Origin: an uncultured virus (IMG/VR IMGVR_UViG_2873337989_000001)
Lineage: Duplodnaviria > Heunggongvirae > Uroviricota > Caudoviricetes
Strand: one strand, 5' to 3'
IMG/VR virus record: IMGVR_UViG_2873337989_000001
DNA length: 64,000 bases
Below the pieces are notes generated by a model. That model worked only from the letters and a program-made list of their open reading frames with translations, ran no database searches and was not told where the DNA came from. Shown here one piece after another: positions 56,159 to 64,000 of the stretch. The stretch's first letter is position 1, and the number at the start of each line of letters is the position of its first letter. The position numbers and the translations under genes are program-made.

Positions 56159-58708
56159 GTGGGGCTGGTCAGATTCGTCACGCCATACACCACGACGTCG
56201 CCGTCGACATCGCACACCTACTACTACGGCAGCGCCAGCGGGGGGAACAGGATCGTCCTGTTCGTCCAGTCGTATGCGGGCGTGTCCAGCATCTCGGGCG
56301 GGTTCACCGAGCACGAGTGGGCGACTAACACGCTCGGCATCCGGATGCTGTCGAAAATCTCCTACGGCGGGGACTCCTCCGTCACTGTCAACACCACCGA
56401 TGCGACGGACCGGATCTTCATCTGGGCCTACGAGCTGGACGACGCCGAGGTCTACTACGGCAGCGCCAGCGCGAAGGAGGGCGTCTCCTCCGCCTACTGG
56501 TCAGAGTCCGGGCTGCCGGATGGCTGCGTCGCCCTCATGGGCGTGTCGATGTACATCGCGGGCACCGACAACACCGGTGTCTCCTGGCCGTCCGATTTCA
56601 CGCACAAGGGCTACACCTACCGGGACTGGTCCGATGGCGGCGGCTCGAAGCGGGTGTGGGGCGCCACCGCGGTCGACGAGTACGTGTCCGGTTCGATCTC
56701 GGTGTCCAAGCAGCTGATCTCGAATCAGCCGATCGGGACGTCGTATGCGTGGGCGGGCGGCGTGTGGGGGCCGAACCCGGACAACACGCCGCCGACCGAC
56801 CCGACGAACCTGCGGTTGACCGCGATGACGCCCACCTCGGTGACGGTGACGTGGGATGCCTCTACCGACAGTGGGTCCGGCCTGTCGGGCTACACCTTCT
56901 ACTTGAACGGCGTCGCCAAGGGGTCGACGAGCAGCCGGTCGGCGACGTTCTCGGGGCTCACCTCGGGGGTGTCGGTCACCATCCAGGTGGACGCCTACGA
57001 CGCCAAGGGCAACCGGTCGGCCAAGGCCGAGCTGGTGGTCACTCCGATCAACGACACCACGCCGCCCATCGTCCCGCAGGTCAGGGTGACCGCCCTGGAC
57101 GCGGGCAAGATCACGGTCGGCTGGGACACCCCTTACGACGAATCGTCGGTTGTTGGCTACGGCGTGTACCTGAACGGTGCGAAGCAGGGCGCTGACCAGA
57201 CGGCCCGCACCAAGGCGTTCACGGGGTTGAGCGCCGGGGCGCTGTACACGATCAGCGTCGATGCCATCGACCTGCTCGGCAACCGGTCGGCGAGGGGAAC
57301 GCGGACCGTCCGGGCGCAAGCTGACCGGACGCCGCCCACGCTGCCCGGCAGCGTGTCCGTGGTCGCCACCTCCAAGACCGCCATCACCCTGGCGTGGAAT
57401 CCCAGCAGTGACGACAACGTCGGCGTCACCGGGTACGGCCTCTACCTGGGCAGTCTGCGCGTCGCCGAGATCCCGTCCCGCGTCTACACCTTCACCGGGC
57501 TCACCCCTGGCGTCTCCTACACGGTGGGTGTCGACGCCGTCGACGAGCTCGGCAACCGCTCCAACCGCGTCATGCAGTCGGCCACCACCCTGGAAGACAC
57601 CTCGGGTGATGCCCCGCCGTACGAGTACGTCCTCTACGACTGGGACACCCATCTCCCCTTGGACTCGCTGCCGCTGCAGAACGTCAGCTTCGAGATCACC
57701 CTCAACGGCGGCGGCCAGCTCACCGCCGACATCCCGCTCTACGACTCCGCCTACACGGTCGGCCGCATCGCCGCCGCCACCCGCCCCGAACGGACCATGA
57801 TCCTCGTCTACCGAGGCGAGCAACTGGTGTGGGGCGGCCGGATCGTCGACCCGCAGGACTACGACTCCGACTCCGGCGTGCTGAAGATCACCGCCGAGGA
57901 GTGCATCGCCATCTACGGCAAGCGCTACGTCGCCTTCACCGGCCCGCGCCCCGGCACCGTCCCGCACACCGAGGTGACGTGGCTGCTGGAGCACGCCGCC
58001 TCCCCCGCGGACCTGCGATGGCTCACCCAGGACGGCGTGGCCGGCACCGGCACCGTCGACCGGGAGTACCGCGCCGACGACTTCGTGCGCATCCTGGACG
58101 CGGTCGCGGACGTGGCGGCCGCGCCGGGCGGGTTCGACTGGTGGGTTCAGCCCTCCTGGGACGCCGTCAACGACAGGCCCCGCTTCGTGTTGCGCCGCGT
58201 CTCCCGCACCAGCCCGCCCGACACCGGCCTGACGCTCGAGTATCCGGGCAACGTGCGTGGCTTCTCCCGCTCGACGCGGCGAGGCCTGGCGACCAGGACG
58301 TGGGGGCAGCTGCGCCGCCCGGACGGCGGCGTCATGCTCGCCTCGGTCACCCGCAATGACCTGCTGTCGGACGGGTGGCCGCTGATCGAGGAGGCATGGC
58401 AGTTCGACGGCCTCACCTCGCAGGCGGCGCTGGATGCCGAGACACAGCGGGCGTCGGATGCGTCGGCGGGCGCCAAGCAGGTGTTCGAGTTTGTGCTGGC
58501 GATCACGCCGGACGTGCGCTGGTGGCAGTGGGAGCTCGGCGGCCAGGCGCGCGTCGTCATCACCGACCACATCTATCCGGCCCAACCGGACGGCGCTCCC
58601 GGCCTGGACCGGCCGATGAAGATCGTGTCGCTGAAGGTGCAGCCCGACAGCAACGAGGGCGAGTTGGTGACGGTCACGACGGGCGAGCACACCGTCGCCG
58701 TCGACTAG
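56159..58708 (+). CDS. FN3-repeat protein fused to a minor tail (Tal/hub-like) domain
   Basis: Three FN3 units then LPLQNVSF...LNGGG.L...VYRGEQLVWGG...LEYPGNV; class-II motif at 56089-56117. Confidence 0.78.
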   Translation: MGLVRFVTPYTTTSPSTSHTYYYGSASGGNRIVLFVQSYAGVSSISGGFTEHEWATNTLGIRMLSKISYGGDSSVTVNTTDATDRIFIWAYELDDAEVYYGSASAKEGVSSAYWSESGLPDGCVALMGVSMYIAGTDNTGVSWPSDFTHKGYTYRDWSDGGGSKRVWGATAVDEYVSGSISVSKQLISNQPIGTSYAWAGGVWGPNPDNTPPTDPTNLRLTAMTPTSVTVTWDASTDSGSGLSGYTFYLNGVAKGSTSSRSATFSGLTSGVSVTIQVDAYDAKGNRSAKAELVVTPINDTTPPIVPQVRVTALDAGKITVGWDTPYDESSVVGYGVYLNGAKQGADQTARTKAFTGLSAGALYTISVDAIDLLGNRSARGTRTVRAQADRTPPTLPGSVSVVATSKTAITLAWNPSSDDNVGVTGYGLYLGSLRVAEIPSRVYTFTGLTPGVSYTVGVDAVDELGNRSNRVMQSATTLEDTSGDAPPYEYVLYDWDTHLPLDSLPLQNVSFEITLNGGGQLTADIPLYDSAYTVGRIAAATRPERTMILVYRGEQLVWGGRIVDPQDYDSDSGVLKITAEECIAIYGKRYVAFTGPRPGTVPHTEVTWLLEHAASPADLRWLTQDGVAGTGTVDREYRADDFVRILDAVADVAAAPGGFDWWVQPSWDAVNDRPRFVLRRVSRTSPPDTGLTLEYPGNVRGFSRSTRRGLATRTWGQLRRPDGGVMLASVTRNDLLSDGWPLIEEAWQFDGLTSQAALDAETQRASDASAGAKQVFEFVLAITPDVRWWQWELGGQARVVITDHIYPAQPDGAPGLDRPMKIVSLKVQPDSNEGELVTVTTGEHTVAVD

Positions 58709-58729
58709 AAGCAGAAGGAGGGGTGCGGC

Positions 58730-59155
58730 GTGGCGAAGATCAGTCCCGGGGACCTGCAGCAGGCGGACCTGGTGCGCATCATCTCCGATCTACAGGCTCG
58801 GGTGAAGGCGCTGGAGTTGCAGGCGGGGGTGCGGTCGGTGACGTTCGTCGCCGACTCCACCAGCACGTCGTCGACGACGTTGACGAGGATGGCGTGGACG
58901 ACGTTCCCCCGGTCGGGGTCGTCGGTGACGGTTGATGTGTCGGTCACACTGTCGGGCGCGACGTCGTGTGAGGTGGCGGTGCGCGCGGACGGGACGCAGA
59001 TCGGCTCTCGAACGGTGACGGCGTCCGGGGTGGCGACGGTGTCGGGGTTCCTTCCTCCGGCGTGGGCGTTCGGCGCGCGGAAGGTGGTGGACGTGCAGGT
59101 GAAGGTCAACAGCGGGTCCGCGACGGTGGCGGTGGTGGGCGGCTGGCATCGGTGA
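58730..59155 (+). CDS. minor tail protein
   Basis: AGGAGG RBS; DLVRIISDLQARVKALE coiled coil typical after tail hub genes. Confidence 0.7.
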   Translation: MAKISPGDLQQADLVRIISDLQARVKALELQAGVRSVTFVADSTSTSSTTLTRMAWTTFPRSGSSVTVDVSVTLSGATSCEVAVRADGTQIGSRTVTASGVATVSGFLPPAWAFGARKVVDVQVKVNSGSATVAVVGGWHR

Positions 59156-59252
59156 CCGCTGGCCGCAACCTCGGATGGCCGATATACATCCGCCGCACGG
59201 CCGGTAGAGCGGCTCGTCCTGGGCCGCTCGCCTCAACCATTCGGGGGACATC

Positions 59253-59918
59253 ATGAGTCAGATCTCGATCAACCAGAGCTGCGGCGACGGATGTGCCGAG
59301 CAGGTGACGATCAACGTGAACTGCACGTGCAAGCCGACCCAGCCGCCGGCCCCGCAGCCGCGGCTCACAGAGGCGTCACTGTACGGGTTCGCCACCTGCA
59401 CGGTTCTGCCTCAGTACTGCACCTTCAAGGTGACCCCCACTCCCGGCCCGTATCTGATGGGTGCCACGGCGATCCTGCCCGCGGGAGTGTCGCTCGCGTC
59501 GATTGGCGTCGCCGTTCTGGAGCCTGGCGTGGGTGAGATGAGCCACGAGTCGCGGGTGGCCGTCTACGTCGGCGGCGTCGCGGAGAAGGCCGGGCAGAGC
59601 CTGCACCTGCCTGAGCTGTTCACTGGAGGGACGGGCTGGCGGTGGGCCAACCTGGATAAGCCGGTGATGGCCGCCGAGGAGGACCGGCCGGTGTGGTTGG
59701 TGGCGCAGGTTCCGTCCTTCGCCACCCACATGCCGACGTTCCTGTCCTGCGCCGCCACCACAGGGTTCGGCTTCGTCAACGGCTTGCGGCCGCGCAACGT
59801 CCTCGTCCAGGGCGCTACGCAGCTTCCGCAGATCTTCGAGGCTGACGCCGTACCGTTCACACCGCGGCCAGAGATCCCGCTGATGGCGGGCGTGTCCTAC
59901 CCCATCGTCAAGCCGTAG
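59253..59918 (+). CDS. hypothetical protein (Cys-rich N-terminus)
   Basis: GGGGGA RBS; beta-rich composition. Confidence 0.6.
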   Translation: MSQISINQSCGDGCAEQVTINVNCTCKPTQPPAPQPRLTEASLYGFATCTVLPQYCTFKVTPTPGPYLMGATAILPAGVSLASIGVAVLEPGVGEMSHESRVAVYVGGVAEKAGQSLHLPELFTGGTGWRWANLDKPVMAAEEDRPVWLVAQVPSFATHMPTFLSCAATTGFGFVNGLRPRNVLVQGATQLPQIFEADAVPFTPRPEIPLMAGVSYPIVKP

Positions 59919-60003
59919 CCCGCACAAGCAACGGAACTTTCCATACGGGAAGCTTGCTGGATCTGCGCCGGGCTCTGCCTGGTGCAGGTCCACGGCCTGG
60001 AGG

Positions 60004-60738
60004 TCAGCGGCGCAGTCGGTGCATGTCGCGCCGGGCCCGATGGGGCTGATCGTGCACGTCGGAGGCGTAGCGGACGGCGTCCAGCAGGACGTTGTCGACC
60101 TTGCGGCGGGCGGCCTGGTCGATCGCCATGCGGGCGATCACGCCACCGGTGATCCGGATTGGCCTGTCGGGTAGGCCCCGGCCGGCGAGCCTCATGCGCA
60201 CCGTCATGGCGCGCAGCCCGGCCAACAGTCTGGGCGGTCTCACCTCGCCGGTGTCCGGGTCGTGGTCGGGGATCTCTGCGGCCGCCTGCTCTTCCAACTC
60301 GGCGATGAGGGCGACCATCGCCGACTCGCAGCTTTTGCGGAGCGCCTCGTACACCGCGGTGAGCTGCTCGGTCAGGTAGAAGCTGACCTGCTGGTGGATG
60401 GGCGCCGCCGGGCTGTAGTGGCCTTGCCCTGCTCGTTTCTGGGCCTGGACGGCCTGGTAGTGGTAGCGGACCACGTGCAGCGGGTCGGGTGGCCGCTGTT
60501 CCAGGAAGCGCTGGACGGCGGCGGCGATCACATCGGAGCAGGAGGCGGGCGGCCGGTCGTCGAGGTTGTAGAAGGTGCGCAGCGTCGGCCCCTTGTGCTT
60601 GAGGCCGGGAAGCGGTTCGTCCTGTTGGAGCCGCTCACGCCACGCGGCGACCGTCTCGGCCTGCTGGGTGGTGAGGCGGCCGGTCGAGTAGTGCGCCAGC
60701 GCGCCCCGGTCTTCACCCAGGTCCGGAGAGCTTTCCAT
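60004..60738 (-). CDS. hypothetical, possibly DNA-binding (RHH-like) protein
   Basis: ATG at 60738 lies inside one palindromic site and a second site lies just past the stop; QQVSFYLTEQL. Confidence 0.6.
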   Translation of the reverse strand: MESSPDLGEDRGALAHYSTGRLTTQQAETVAAWRERLQQDEPLPGLKHKGPTLRTFYNLDDRPPASCSDVIAAAVQRFLEQRPPDPLHVVRYHYQAVQAQKRAGQGHYSPAAPIHQQVSFYLTEQLTAVYEALRKSCESAMVALIAELEEQAAAEIPDHDPDTGEVRPPRLLAGLRAMTVRMRLAGRGLPDRPIRITGGVIARMAIDQAARRKVDNVLLDAVRYASDVHDQPHRARRDMHRLRR

Positions 60739-60881
60739 ACGGGAACTCCATCGTGTGGCGTGGGCCGTTGCAAGCGGAATCACCGGATTGGGCCCCGCCG
60801 CGTGGGGCGCAGGCTGCGACGTAAGCCTGGTTCGTCCCTATCGTGCCGCCCCTACATGAGTCAGGCGTATGGGGGTGCGGG

Positions 60882-61247
60882 ATGGCCGAGCCGGAGCAGA
60901 GCGAGCAGCAGGTGTGGCTCGTGGGCCAAGTGGCTGACACGCGGCGGATTGCCGAGCTCGGGTTCACCGAGACCAAGGGGCAGCTGGCGTTGATCCTGCA
61001 GAGGATGGAACAGGGCGAGCGGCGCCACGACGAGTTGGCCAGCGTGGTCGCCGAGAACTACCGCGTGGTGTCGGAGCGGCTGGACGAGCACGCCAGAGGC
61101 ATCCAGGCCGCGGCGGAGGATCGGGCGGCCGAGCGGTCCCGCATCCAGACGATGGGCGACAGCGCCAAGCGGTTCTCCACGTGGATGGCGATCGGCGTCT
61201 CCGCCCTGTTCGGCGTGCTCGGCATCGCCCTGAAGATGTGGGCCTGA
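60882..61247 (+). CDS. coiled-coil protein with C-terminal TM (holin-like)
   Basis: Class-II motif at 60816-60844; WMAIGVSALFGVLGIAL. Confidence 0.6.
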   Translation: MAEPEQSEQQVWLVGQVADTRRIAELGFTETKGQLALILQRMEQGERRHDELASVVAENYRVVSERLDEHARGIQAAAEDRAAERSRIQTMGDSAKRFSTWMAIGVSALFGVLGIALKMWA

Positions 61248-61339
61248 CACGGCCTGACCAGGCTCGGGCGACGTAAGCCCTCTGCTCGTGCACCATCCGC
61301 GCTCGGACAGTCCAATCCCTTCCCGAAGGAGCCACGATC

Positions 61340-61780
61340 ATGGTTCACCGGATTCCGGGCATCTCCGAGGCGCTGCTGCGCGCGGGCCGCTCCCTCCTGC
61401 AGAACATCCTGTCCGTCGCGGTGGTCGCCGGCGGCGCGGCCGTGGTGACGGCTGGCGATGCGACTGACGCGGGCACGCTCGGCGTGGTCGGCGGCCAGGC
61501 CGCGCTCGCCGCGGTGTTGGCGTGGATTCACAACAGGGTCGCGCCTGCGGGTGCTCCGGCTGTCGGCGAGGTGCCGCTGCGCGCGAACCGCACCCTGTGG
61601 CAGAACGTGCTGGCGGGCGCGATCGTCGCTGGCGGTGGCGCGGCCGCGGGTGTCGCCTCGGGCGATCTGAAGATGATCCTGCTGGCGGTGGGTCAGGCGG
61701 CGGGGGCCGCGGTGATCTCCGCTCTGTACAACGTGGTGCGGCCGCTGCCTGTCTCTGGCGGGCAGTCGTCGGCTGTGTAA
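61340..61780 (+). CDS. holin-like membrane protein with internal duplication
   Basis: LRAGRSLLQN...GQAALAAV / LRANRTLWQN...GQAAGAAV; class-II motif at 61268-61296. Confidence 0.7.
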   Translation: MVHRIPGISEALLRAGRSLLQNILSVAVVAGGAAVVTAGDATDAGTLGVVGGQAALAAVLAWIHNRVAPAGAPAVGEVPLRANRTLWQNVLAGAIVAGGGAAAGVASGDLKMILLAVGQAAGAAVISALYNVVRPLPVSGGQSSAV

Positions 61781-61938
61781 ATGCCCGTTGGCGTGTTTAT
61801 GATGGGCGCGCACGTGGCCAGCGATGGCCGGGTCCTTCCTGGGGCTTAGTGCTTGTGCGCGGCGCTCTTCTAGGGGACCGCAGGGCGGCCTTCGGGTAGC
61901 TCCCTCTGTCGGGTTGCCGCGCACCCCAGCTCGAGAAC

Positions 61939-61976
61939 GCGAAAGGGCCCACCCCGGACGGGGTGGGCCCTTTCGC
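61939..61976. terminator. bidirectional terminator hairpin
   Basis: GCGAAAGGGCCCACCCC-GGAC-GGGGTGGGCCCTTTCGC. Confidence 0.75.
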
Positions 61977-61996
61977 ATGAGCGCGGCGCGGCCTGG

Positions 61997-62515
61997 CTAG
62001 AGGCCGGCGGAGACCGGGTGCGGGGGCGGGGGTACGACCTCGCGGCGGTCGAGGTGGCGCAGCATCCACTCGTCGAGGACGTGGGCGGCCATGGCGGGGT
62101 CGTCAGGGCATGTGTCGTGGATGGTTGAGGGGCAGTTCGGCCGGAGTTGCTGCCAGACGGCGTGGGGGTCGTCGGCGAGGTGGGTGATGTCGAGGTGGCC
62201 GAATTGGCGGACCCAGTCGAATTCGTTCATGCGGAAGGCGTCGGCCAGTTCGGCGTCGGTGGCGCCGCGCATCTTGTCGGTCATGATGGCGCGGGCGACG
62301 ACCTTGTTGACCGTCTTGAGGATGTCGAGCGCTTCGCGGGTGAGGCCGGTGATGTCGCGGCGGTCGTCGTCGATGGTGGAGACGACGTCGAGCAGCCGGT
62401 CGACGGTGGCGGCGGCCGCGTTGGAGAGGCCGAGTCGGGCGACTTGGTCTCCAGTCATGTCGGCCGTGGTGAATTTCAGGTCGAACCCGTCGTCGGGCGG
62501 CTCGTGGTGAGACAT
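61997..62515 (-). CDS. hypothetical protein with HTH-like segment
   Basis: RGATDAELADAF...LDEWMLRH; AGGAG upstream. Confidence 0.65.
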   Translation of the reverse strand: MSHHEPPDDGFDLKFTTADMTGDQVARLGLSNAAAATVDRLLDVVSTIDDDRRDITGLTREALDILKTVNKVVARAIMTDKMRGATDAELADAFRMNEFDWVRQFGHLDITHLADDPHAVWQQLRPNCPSTIHDTCPDDPAMAAHVLDEWMLRHLDRREVVPPPPHPVSAGL

Positions 62516-62738
62516 GGGGAAGGTGGTCTCCTGTGGCGTCGGCGGCGGGGGTGTCCCTGCCAGCGGCTCCTACCGGGAAGCTGCGGATTCCGGGTGAGGC
62601 TATGTGGTTCTGCGTTCATGGGGAAGCCTAGAGATCTTCTGGCCACAATTTAAGACCTGAGGGGTGGTTTGCGGCGCAGGTACTTGAAGCTGCATGAAAG
62701 TGCAGAGTTCGGGTTGCAGCTGCGACGGGCGGGGTGTA

Positions 62739-62792
62739 TTGACGCCTGATTCAGGGAGCAGTAGGCTGATCTTAGTAAATAACCCATACACT
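62739..62792 (+). promoter_or_regulatory. sigma70-type promoter followed by a partial class-I core
   Basis: TTGACG-N17-TAGGCT then GTAAATAACCCATACACT. Confidence 0.55.
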
Positions 62793-62921
62793 TTGAGCGG
62801 TTAGCGGGGGTGTCGCCTACGATGCGCGACGCCCTAGGGATCTGCTCGAAGAACACGCCTCACGCGGCGGGAACCTGCGGTCCCGGCGCGCGGGGCATAG
62901 CCCCAGGAACGGAGCATCGCC

Positions 62922-63731
62922 TTGTCCAGCACAACCCCGTCGAGTCCGGTCGTGATGACGCCCGAGGTCGCCGAGAAGCTGCGTGCCGTCTTCCCGCCTG
63001 AGAAGATCGGCAAGTTGCCCCGCGTCACCTGCCGCGCCTGCTCGAAGAACTTCGGCTCGTGCAACGAGCATCAGAAGAAGTGGTGCGACACCTGCAGCGG
63101 CATGGTGTCGACCCAGCACATCCACCTCGACTACGTCGGCCACGCTGACATCACCGACCGGTTCCTGCAGGTGGACCCGTGGTGGAACTGGGAGCCGCTC
63201 GCGTTCGACCAGCTCGGCCTACCCGCGTTCGATCAGCACGGCGGGCTGTGGATCAAGCTGACGATCGCCGGGGTGACTCGGCTGGGCTATGGCGACGCGC
63301 AGGGCAAGACCGGCCCGAACGCGGTCAAGGAGGCGATCGGTGATGCGTTCCGCAACGGCGGGATGCGCTTCGGTGTCGCCCTGGACCTGTGGCGCAAGGA
63401 CATGCCCGAGGCCGAAGAGGGCCCGCGCCGAGGTGGCCGCTCTGCTGCGGCGGCTCCTCCCCCTCCGTCTGGCCCTGACCCGCTGTGGCTGGTGAACATC
63501 ACGGCCGAGATCCATGCGGCTCAGACCTTCGACGAGATGATCGAGATCGGCAACCGCATCGACGCGGAATTCAACGCTGGGCGGATCGTCCCGGGCAGCG
63601 ACCTCGCGAACGCTCTGGGCGAGGTGTTCATGCCGAAGCGGGAACAACTGCTCGCCGAGCGTAATACCGCCGCGCGGGCGTACCACGACGCGGTGGCGAG
63701 GGAGACGGTCTCGGAGGCGCTGAGCTCATGA
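62922..63731 (+). CDS. Rad52/Sak-like single-strand annealing protein with Cys-rich insert
   Basis: LDYVGHADITDRF..VDP.WNW...LTIAGVTR.GYG...KEAIGDAFRNGGMRFGVALDLW. Confidence 0.8.
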   Translation: MSSTTPSSPVVMTPEVAEKLRAVFPPEKIGKLPRVTCRACSKNFGSCNEHQKKWCDTCSGMVSTQHIHLDYVGHADITDRFLQVDPWWNWEPLAFDQLGLPAFDQHGGLWIKLTIAGVTRLGYGDAQGKTGPNAVKEAIGDAFRNGGMRFGVALDLWRKDMPEAEEGPRRGGRSAAAAPPPPSGPDPLWLVNITAEIHAAQTFDEMIEIGNRIDAEFNAGRIVPGSDLANALGEVFMPKREQLLAERNTAARAYHDAVARETVSEALSS

Positions 63732-64000
63732 GCACCAACGACGCCCAGGCGGCGGGCTTTGTGCCCGCCGCCCCGGCGGCCCCCTCCGGCAGGGCCGTCG
63801 CCACGGAACTGGCCATGGCCCGTTACCTGGAGAAGCACAGGATCGGCAAGGTCATTAGCGACCGCATCAAGACGTTGAAGGCCGACGCCGACGACGGGAT
63901 GCCACTGCTCGCGCCCGGCGGGACCGAGATCGCGCACATCGCCGGACGTCAGTTCGCGACCGTGACGCAGCCGAAGGTCGGCTACCAGCTCAAGGTCACC
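63728..64000 (+). CDS. hypothetical protein, 3'-truncated by the window end
   Basis: ATGA coupling; frame open to the end. Confidence 0.6.
   Translation, partial: MSTNDAQAAGFVPAAPAAPSGRAVATELAMARYLEKHRIGKVISDRIKTLKADADDGMPLLAPGGTEIAHIAGRQFATVTQPKVGYQLKVT

Larger units (their letters stand above)
8795..64000. mobile_element. large phage-derived element (phage-plasmid or prophage); boundaries not visible
   Basis: Tail, lysis, TerS-like, annealase, recombinase, toxin-antitoxin and DNA-modification genes; shared promoter motifs across 9.6-62.8 kb; no housekeeping genes. Confidence 0.75.

Noticed and set aside
1..64000. tRNA or rRNA genes and att sites
   Set aside because: No cloverleaf, rRNA-like sequence or boundary direct repeat was recognised by eye; a tRNAscan/Infernal run would be needed to exclude them.

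Overview
High-GC actinomycete-type DNA that looks almost entirely accessory, most consistent with a large phage-plasmid or prophage-like element. Positions 1-7.8 kb hold a translationally coupled nucleotide/sugar tailoring operon: carbamoyltransferase, glycosyltransferase-like protein, P-loop kinase, methyltransferase, two phosphotransferases, histidine phosphatase and NDP-sugar epimerase. Positions 8.8-14.5 kb are a leftward run of small genes containing a tyrosine recombinase. Next come an RHH/PemK-like toxin-antitoxin pair, an XRE/HExxH peptidase/membrane module, an amidase endolysin and many small orphan genes, then a terminase-small-like gene, queD, dpdA and a TopoVI-A/Toprim-like gene. 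A siphophage tail region follows: tail tube, frameshifting chaperone, an inverted fibre block, tape measure and three FN3-decorated tail-tip proteins. Holin-like genes and a Rad52-like annealase close the window. No capsid, portal or large terminase is seen. The main unexplained structure is non-coding. (i) A 12-bp box GCGACGTAAGCC placed exactly 11 nt before a -10-like hexamer lies upstream of at least ten dispersed virion, lysis and modification genes. (ii) A ~60-bp sigma70-type promoter plus conserved RNA hairpin cassette occurs in five copies before orphan genes. (iii) A 9-bp-period tandem array lies next to a LexA-like box. (iv) A near-palindrome CTTYCCATACGGGAA occurs three times. Product calls come from motif recognition by eye, not from database searches.
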